Below are positions 58,038-64,000 of a stretch of DNA of 64,000 nt, in pieces. A program made the translations under genes and the position numbers. The DNA lies in NCBI GenBank assembly GCA_902634185.1, contig CACPJC010000003.1, positions 109,733 to 173,732 of the forward strand, written 5' to 3'. The notes beneath the pieces were generated by a model. The model saw only the letters and a list, made by a program, of their open reading frames with translations, made no database searches and was not told the DNA's origin. Source of the stretch: an uncultured Candidatus Actinomarina sp. (GTDB lineage Bacteria; Actinomycetota; Acidimicrobiia; Actinomarinales; Actinomarinaceae). How positions within the stretch are numbered: the stretch's first letter is position 1; each line of letters begins with the position of its first letter.

Positions 58038-59792
58038 TTAATTTTGCACTTTCTGTTCTTCCAAGAATAAATTTCTATACGAAGATACATCCTCAAGAAT
58101 GTCTTTATGTTTTCCTTGAGCTTTAATCTTTCCGTCCTCTATAAATAAAACCTCATCGCATAATTCAATAGTTGGAACCCTATTAGTAATAATTAAAGTT
58201 GTCATTTTGTTCATAACATTCTTTAATTCATTCCTAATCTCTTCTTCGGTTGAGGCATCAACCGCAGAAAGAGCGTCATCGAGTATTAATATTTTTGGAT
58301 TTCTTACGATTGCACGTGCAAGTGCAATTCTTTGACGCTGTCCACCAGATAATCCATAGCCACGTTCACCGACTTTAGTTTCATATGTCTCTGGTAATTG
58401 TGATATAAACTCGTGTGCTTTTGCAATTATTGCAGCTTCTTCAACTTTCTCTTGAGAGGCCTCAATTGAACCAATTGCAATATTATCTTTGGCTGAATTT
58501 GAAAATAAGAAACTTTCCTCAAAAGCTAAACTAACATTACTCCTTAGCTCTTCTAGTTTAATATTTGCAATATCTACTCCATCGATTTTTATATTTCCTG
58601 AATCGATATCATATAGTCTTGGAAGTAAATATGCTAGTGTTGACTTTCCTGATCCGGTTGCACCAACAATAGCAATTGTTTTTTGACCACCAACTTTAAA
58701 ACTAAGATCTCTAAAAATATTTTCATTGCCATAACTAAAATTTACATTTTCAAATTCAATACTTCCATTTCCATTGTCAGGAAAAGACTCTAGCATTTCA
58801 TTATTAAAAATTGAAGGTTGTTCGTCCAACAACTGTAAGATTCGATTTCCTGCTGAAACACTTGAAGGAATTTCAGACAAGAACCAAGCTGTTATTCTGA
58901 GTGGCCAAATTAATAATATGACGTATTGAGTGAAAGCTATAAAGTCGCCTAACGTGATTAAATCATTTAATGCAAGGTAACCTCCAAGCAAAAGGACAAC
59001 CAAAGTTATAATCATTGGTATCAGTTCAAACATAGGAACAAATCTTGTTCTTAGATGTAAAAAATCTATAGAGGTATCATAAATTTTTCCTATTGAGCTT
59101 TCTACTTTTTCTGATGCTTCATTTTCATTTCCGAAAGCTTTTACAACTCTAATACCACCTAATTGTTCCTCAACTTCAGTGGTCATCTCTGCTTCGGCCT
59201 CTTTTACCCTCAACGAGATTTCCATTGCCTTTGATGCAAAAATACCAGCTAACCAAAGAACTAGCGGAATCGATAATAGAACTATAACTCCCAGGGTAAA
59301 ACTTATAGACACAAGCGTAATGCTAAGAATTAGAAGAAGAAATACATTAGCGGTTGCTAAAGGTGCAATTGCAAAAGCGAGTCTTACTTGTGATGCATCA
59401 CTTGATGCCCTCGCCATTAATTCACCTGTTGGCACTTTATCATGATATTTAAATGCAAGTTTTTGCATATGACCAAAGATACTATTTCGAATCTCTGCTT
59501 CAACATTGAATGAAACAGACATACTAAAGTATCTTCTTATACCTATTGAAGCCGCTCTTATGTAACCAATAACTATTAAAAAAGAAATGAAGACAACAAT
59601 TATTTGGCGATTATTAGCAACAATACCATCATCGACAATTCTTTTTATGAGATATGGATGTAACACAACAAGGAAACACCAAATTACGGCAGACGACATT
59701 GAAATTAAAAAGTGTTTACGATTATTTTTTACTTCCTGCACATAAAACGTAAGAGCTCTTTTAAATTCAGCGGTTTTGAAGACATCAAACAT
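58038..59792 (-). CDS. ABC exporter, fused TMD-NBD (heterodimer partner 1, degenerate site)
   Basis: GATGSGKST, LSGGQRQR, LDDALSAVD (E to D), ITNR (H to N). Confidence 0.93.
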   Translation of the reverse strand: MFDVFKTAEFKRALTFYVQEVKNNRKHFLISMSSAVIWCFLVVLHPYLIKRIVDDGIVANNRQIIVVFISFLIVIGYIRAASIGIRRYFSMSVSFNVEAEIRNSIFGHMQKLAFKYHDKVPTGELMARASSDASQVRLAFAIAPLATANVFLLLILSITLVSISFTLGVIVLLSIPLVLWLAGIFASKAMEISLRVKEAEAEMTTEVEEQLGGIRVVKAFGNENEASEKVESSIGKIYDTSIDFLHLRTRFVPMFELIPMIITLVVLLLGGYLALNDLITLGDFIAFTQYVILLIWPLRITAWFLSEIPSSVSAGNRILQLLDEQPSIFNNEMLESFPDNGNGSIEFENVNFSYGNENIFRDLSFKVGGQKTIAIVGATGSGKSTLAYLLPRLYDIDSGNIKIDGVDIANIKLEELRSNVSLAFEESFLFSNSAKDNIAIGSIEASQEKVEEAAIIAKAHEFISQLPETYETKVGERGYGLSGGQRQRIALARAIVRNPKILILDDALSAVDASTEEEIRNELKNVMNKMTTLIITNRVPTIELCDEVLFIEDGKIKAQGKHKDILEDVSSYRNLFLEEQKVQN

Positions 59793-59834
59793 ACTTTTTA
59801 ATAATAAATGCATAAGAAATAAACACTAAGGACT

Positions 59835-59852
59835 TTGTGCATTATTTCACAA
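59835..59852. promoter_or_regulatory. Rex-like (or CRP-like) operator palindrome
   Basis: TTGTGCATTATTTCACAA versus Rex consensus TTGTGAA-N4-TTCACAA (one mismatch). Confidence 0.6.
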
Positions 59853-59872
59853 GCATATTAGAGTTCAATTTA

Positions 59873-61390
59873 ATGAACGATGTATTAGATAAAAAAATTG
59901 AGGATGTTTTAGATTCTGCTGACAGAATGTTTATAGCTACAAGTGTTGGTGGAAACTCATCTGGTGCTTCAGTTTTCTATGCTCGTGATGGAGAAGATCT
60001 TGTATTCTTTACATTTAATCCAACCAGAAAAGCTGAACAAATCCGACTAAATCCAAGAGTTCATGTTGTCATATGGCCAAAAGGACAAGAAGGGATTAGA
60101 GGTTTACAAATAGATGGAGAATGTTACAAAATCAAAGATGAAGATAAAAAAGAAAAAGCTTATGAAATGGTTCTCTCAACTACTGAAGCTTTTAAAGAAT
60201 ATATGGAAGATGAATTTTTAAAGAAAAATGATGTTGTTGGTTATTACCGAATCAAACCAACAACTGTAAAATATGTTGACTTTTATCAGGAAGAGCAATT
60301 TGAGTGGAAAACATATCCAGCTAATAGAACTTCTGCTGTGAAGTTCGCTTTTAAACTAGCGTTAAAAAGAGTTGGTCTGTGGCTACGTACTGTTAGAGCC
60401 CCCTTTCTAACAGCTACTATTACACCAATACTAATTGGTGCATCAGTGGCATGGAGTGATCTAAAATCAGAAAATTTAAACAGTACGTGGTCATGGAACA
60501 TGTTTTGGCTTGTGTTAGGTGGTGCTTGTCTTGCACAGATAGCTACTAATGCATCAAATGATTATTTTGATCATACTTCAAATGCTGATGAGATAAACAA
60601 AGTCGCAAGTCCTTTTAATGGAGGAAGTAGAGTGATTCAGGTTGGTTTAATGACTCCTGGACAAGTACTTTTAACTGCGTTGGTGAGTATTATTGGGACA
60701 GTTGGTATTGGTTTATATATAAACCAACAAATTAGTGGTTTTGTTTTTGGCAACACACCAATTCTTTGGACTGGAATAATAGGAACCTTTTTAGCACTTG
60801 GCTACACAGGTGATCCCATAAGACTTGGGTATAAGGGTTTTGGAGAAATCGCAATAGCTTTAGGTTTTGGGCCTGTAATGGTAATGGGTGCACATTATGT
60901 TCTTACTGCACCAATACATAATAATAATTTGTCTCTTTGGAATTGGGCTGAAGCCTTGATTGCATCTGTACCAATTGCTTTGTTAGTAATGCTTATCGTT
61001 TGGATAAACCAATTCCAAGACGCCCCTTCTGATGCTGCTGTTGGAAAGAATACTTGGGTTGTTCGTACGGCAGTTAATGATGGCTGGATGAGATTAGAAA
61101 AACCATTATCTCTTTACAAACAATTTATGATTGAGGCTTTTGCATCTGTAGCGCTGATTGGAATTTTAAGTTTCTTCACTGATTTTGGAACAGTTTATGC
61201 ATTCATAGCTTTGCTTCCTTTAGGGTTAGTGTGGAAAGCATTCAAAATGGCCGATGATTGGATGGTTAAATGGAACGATCCTGAAGCAGATCGTCAAAAG
61301 GTACCTTATGAACTCCTCCTTGTAAATGTATCAACTATTGGAATTCATTTTTTAACAGGAATACTATTAGCTGTTGCTTATTTCATTTAA
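59873..61390 (+). CDS. menA: Fusion: PNPOx-like split-barrel domain + 1,4-dihydroxy-2-naphthoate prenyltransferase (MenA)
   Basis: N-term MFIATS..VFY..FFT...RK...IRLNPRV..GLQIDG; C-term WLRTVRAPFL, NDYFD, YTG.P..LGYKGFGE, NQFQD..SDAAVGKNT. Confidence 0.85.
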   Translation: MNDVLDKKIEDVLDSADRMFIATSVGGNSSGASVFYARDGEDLVFFTFNPTRKAEQIRLNPRVHVVIWPKGQEGIRGLQIDGECYKIKDEDKKEKAYEMVLSTTEAFKEYMEDEFLKKNDVVGYYRIKPTTVKYVDFYQEEQFEWKTYPANRTSAVKFAFKLALKRVGLWLRTVRAPFLTATITPILIGASVAWSDLKSENLNSTWSWNMFWLVLGGACLAQIATNASNDYFDHTSNADEINKVASPFNGGSRVIQVGLMTPGQVLLTALVSIIGTVGIGLYINQQISGFVFGNTPILWTGIIGTFLALGYTGDPIRLGYKGFGEIAIALGFGPVMVMGAHYVLTAPIHNNNLSLWNWAEALIASVPIALLVMLIVWINQFQDAPSDAAVGKNTWVVRTAVNDGWMRLEKPLSLYKQFMIEAFASVALIGILSFFTDFGTVYAFIALLPLGLVWKAFKMADDWMVKWNDPEADRQKVPYELLLVNVSTIGIHFLTGILLAVAYFI

Positions 61391-62014
61391 TTGAACGAAT
61401 CAGCAAATTTCTCTGATATTTACAAATTTTACGACTTTATAAATTCACTAACTACTTTGGGTTTTGATAAATCATGGCGAAAACAAGCTGCTGACAAATT
61501 AAACCCTGGAAGTGTTCTTGATCTGGGAAGTGGAACTGGGGCTTCATATTCCGACCTTAAAAATTTTGATGTAACAGCACTTGATCCTGATGAGCAAATG
61601 CTTTCATTAAATAACTTTGAGAAGAAAGTTGTTGGCAAAGGTGAAGAGCTACCTTTTAATGAAAATTCATTTGATAATGTTTTATGTTGTTTCGTATGGA
61701 GAAATGTTGATGATACAGAAAAAGCACTGAGTGAGGTCTATCGAGTTCTTAAGCCTGGAGGTAAATTTATATTGCTCGATATGACAAGACCAAAAAAAAC
61801 TTTTTATAAACTAATTCATAAAATTGGGACATATATTTTGTTACACTTTGTTGGTCTCATAACATTGAATCTTAAGGAATACAGGTTCTTGTATAAATCT
61901 CTTGATTTTTATCCTCAACCTGAAGTTCATTTGACTAAAAACAATTACACAAATCTTGTTATAGAAAGAATTGGCTTATTTGATTTTGTTTATTTGGGAG
62001 TGTTTACTAAATAG
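61391..62014 (+). CDS. menG: UbiE/MenG family methyltransferase (demethylmenaquinone methyltransferase)
   Basis: YDFINSLTTLGFDKSWR, VLDLGSGTG, LPF..NSFD, RNV, EVYRVLKPGG; directly follows menA. Confidence 0.82.
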   Translation: MNESANFSDIYKFYDFINSLTTLGFDKSWRKQAADKLNPGSVLDLGSGTGASYSDLKNFDVTALDPDEQMLSLNNFEKKVVGKGEELPFNENSFDNVLCCFVWRNVDDTEKALSEVYRVLKPGGKFILLDMTRPKKTFYKLIHKIGTYILLHFVGLITLNLKEYRFLYKSLDFYPQPEVHLTKNNYTNLVIERIGLFDFVYLGVFTK

Positions 62015-62018
62015 AAGT

Positions 62019-62621
62019 CTATTGATTAGCTAGTTGAATTAGTAGAGCACCAACCATGTCTGCAGGTAGATTTCCAGTTCTCCTGGCAACAACATTTAAA
62101 TCTTTATCTAAAAACACCCAATAAGGGAAAGCGCTAAGGCCATAAGCATTACCTATTTCACGATCTAGATCATAAAGTTGCGTTTCACTCCATCCCTCGT
62201 CAGCTAACCATTTTTGAGGTGGATAGTTTTCTCTACCACGATCAATTGATGTTGCTATAGCAATAACATCTACACCCGGAGGAACACCAGCTGAATCAAT
62301 AAATCCTTGGACTACAGGAACTTCTTTTTGACAATATCCACACCAGTGAGCAAGGAATAATAAAGCTTTTGCATTACCATTTTTTTCTAGACTAACTATT
62401 TCGGAGTTTTCATTTGGAGCTGAAAACATAGGAGCAGCAAGGCCCAAAGCAATATTGTCATCATTCTCTCCTGCAAATTCTGGTAATAAATCTCCGGTAA
62501 CATTAGTTTCACCCTCTGGGAGTCCAGCAGCAACAGGTTCAGAACTTAATGTTACACCTATTGCAATTGCAAGCCCTAATACTAAAATAACGGCTCCTGC
62601 GATGATAAAGTTTTTATTCAA
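62019..62621 (-). CDS. Membrane-anchored TlpA/DsbE-like thioredoxin
   Basis: N-terminal TM, AHWCGYCQKE, AFPY cis-Pro loop. Confidence 0.9.
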   Translation of the reverse strand: MNKNFIIAGAVILVLGLAIAIGVTLSSEPVAAGLPEGETNVTGDLLPEFAGENDDNIALGLAAPMFSAPNENSEIVSLEKNGNAKALLFLAHWCGYCQKEVPVVQGFIDSAGVPPGVDVIAIATSIDRGRENYPPQKWLADEGWSETQLYDLDREIGNAYGLSAFPYWVFLDKDLNVVARRTGNLPADMVGALLIQLANQ

Positions 62622-63132
62622 CTAATTCCTTCCTTGCAAAATCATAATACAACAAAGCTACAAATATCGTTAAAAATCCAGTCCCTGCCATTACTGGAAT
62701 ACTTATAAAACCAAAAATATCAACGTATTTCATATCACACGGAACATCAACTGCACAGGTTCCACCTCCACCTCCACCGTTTTGGAGATAAATATGATAA
62801 GCACTAATAGCTACTCCGACGATACTGATATAACCAACTCTAAAAAAAGGTCTCTTAAATAATGAAATTATTAATGCAATTGCTATCGGGTACATTAAGT
62901 ATCTTTGATACCAACAAAATCTACATGGTATGAAACCAACAACTTCTGAATATACTATGCTTCCAATCGAACTAAAGACTGCAACTGAGATAGCAAAGTT
63001 TAAAAATTGATCAGTTATTAATTTACTAAAAGTTTTTTTTGAAAAATAAAGATAAAGCATTGCTGCTGTAGATGCCCAGGCAATAAAAGTAAGGAATCCA
63101 AAAAAAGTATTAAATAAAATTATGAGATCCAT
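62614..63132 (-). CDS. dsbB: Disulfide bond formation protein B (BdbC-like)
   Basis: YSE..GFIPCRFCWYQRYLMYP, second pair CAVDVPC, FGFISIP. Confidence 0.9.
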   Translation of the reverse strand: MDLIILFNTFFGFLTFIAWASTAAMLYLYFSKKTFSKLITDQFLNFAISVAVFSSIGSIVYSEVVGFIPCRFCWYQRYLMYPIAIALIISLFKRPFFRVGYISIVGVAISAYHIYLQNGGGGGGTCAVDVPCDMKYVDIFGFISIPVMAGTGFLTIFVALLYYDFARKELVE

Positions 63133-63150
63133 ATTGAAATTTTAACCTAG

Positions 63151-63184
63151 AAAAAATGATAGGCGACATTTGTCGCCTATCATT
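63151..63184 (-). terminator. Intrinsic terminator of the rhodopsin gene
   Basis: Perfect 14-bp inverted repeat AATGATAGGCGACA/TGTCGCCTATCATT ending in a T run on the minus strand. Confidence 0.9.
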
Positions 63185-63203
63185 AAAATTTTATTCGAAA
63201 AAG

Positions 63204-63866
63204 TTATGAAACTTTTTCTCCTGACTTAACTCGAGCCATTTGTAGAACTAATACACCAAGACCGACTTTGTTAATTATGTCAGCGATTGTGTATAGAACT
63301 TCTCTAATAGCATCGAAGTCTCCTGCAACAGGTGCAATATATCCCAAAGGATAAATTATCCAACCTACAAGGATTAAGTTCTTAATGTTTTCAAAAGCTG
63401 CTGCTTCGTCACCTTTAAGACCTTCTCCTTCAGCTTGAAGATTTCTCATTAGCCAGATGTAAGTTGCCATAGCAATTACAAATCCTGTCCAATATTCGTT
63501 GCTTCCTGCTTCTGATGTTTCACCGTAGTATCCTGCACCAATCATTACTGTTGCTGCAATTCCCCAGTTACGGACTGCCTCATTATATGCGGCACCCTTT
63601 CTTGTAACTGCAAGGACTTCGACGAACATCAAAGGAACGGTTAAGACCCAGTCAACGTATCTTAACCCTGTATCATATGCTCCACTTTCCCAAGATGCAC
63701 CCATCTTTTGATAGTGATACCATGCAATACCACAGACAAGTGCTGAAATGTATACACCACGTCTGTGTTCTGGTTTAACTTCTCTTGATGAAGCAAGTAA
63801 AAATACTGTTCCTGCAAGCATTCCTACTGTTGCCACCATGAAAAGTCGGTATGTTAGTTCTTCCAT
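63204..63866 (-). CDS. Microbial rhodopsin, marine actinobacterial clade (MACR), DTE proton pump
   Basis: Seven TM; helix B His (WYHY); helix C RYVDWVLTVPLMFVE (D-T-E); GWIIYP; retinal Lys in DIINKVG; SD AAGGAG. Confidence 0.96.
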   Translation of the reverse strand: MEELTYRLFMVATVGMLAGTVFLLASSREVKPEHRRGVYISALVCGIAWYHYQKMGASWESGAYDTGLRYVDWVLTVPLMFVEVLAVTRKGAAYNEAVRNWGIAATVMIGAGYYGETSEAGSNEYWTGFVIAMATYIWLMRNLQAEGEGLKGDEAAAFENIKNLILVGWIIYPLGYIAPVAGDFDAIREVLYTIADIINKVGLGVLVLQMARVKSGEKVS

Positions 63867-63891
63867 TTTAGAAGTACTCCTTTTTTCTTTA

Positions 63892-63930
63892 ATGTGAAAC
63901 GTTCACATCACAAATGTACCATTCTTGTGA
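63892..63930 (-). promoter_or_regulatory. Rhodopsin promoter with flanking palindromes
   Basis: Minus-strand TG-G-TACATT extended -10; ATGTGAA-acg-TTCACAT (63892-63908) and TCACAA...TTGTGA (63908-63930). Confidence 0.45.
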
Positions 63931-64000
63931 AATAATTAAAATTATTTAAAAATTTTTTAATAATTTTTGTAACTTTATTTTTAAAAAATAGTAATTAAAC

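Noticed and set aside
62760-62780. Poly-Gly (GGGGGG) tract in DsbB as a phase-variable repeat
   Set aside because: Encoded by mixed GGT/GGA codons, in frame; a simple flexible loop
1-64000. tRNA, rRNA and CRISPR arrays
   Set aside because: Intergenic spaces are short, and none shows a cloverleaf, rRNA-like sequence or a repeat-spacer pattern

Overview
AT-rich, very gene-dense bacterial chromosome segment with many overlapping or abutting genes and leaderless starts. The combination of F420 genes (cofD/cofE), actinobacterial-type ahcY/manB/cof synteny, PyrR translational control and a 220-aa DTE-motif rhodopsin of the marine actinobacterial (MACR) type points to a streamlined marine actinobacterium, most likely Ca. 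Actinomarina (inference). Contents in order: SAM/mannose/glycosylation/F420 cluster (1-10.6 kb); prpD/prpC; PBP1A with a large acidic insertion; pepA, pduO; a multi-domain SpoIID autolysin; tkt; a 2-oxoacid dehydrogenase operon with fused E1 and a LipB-LipA fusion, preceded by a structured ~100-nt leader; sufC-sufS-sufE; a PRTase; a BMP-family nucleoside ABC importer; a pyr operon ending in unusually short pyrD/pyrE and a homologue of phage DNA-hypermodification enzymes (aGPT-Pplase1 type); rpiB, fumC; sufB-sufD-Rieske-sufC (second sufC); an orphan DNA methyltransferase; a heterodimeric ABC exporter; a split-barrel/MenA fusion with menG behind a Rex/CRP-like palindrome; tlpA-dsbB; rhodopsin. 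I saw no rRNA, tRNA, CRISPR array or transposase. Best candidates for novelty: the pyrD-pyrE-aGPT-Pplase tail of the pyr operon, the PNPOx-MenA fusion, the lpdA leader RNA and an uncalled 28-aa membrane peptide. All family calls come from motif recognition; no database searches were run.
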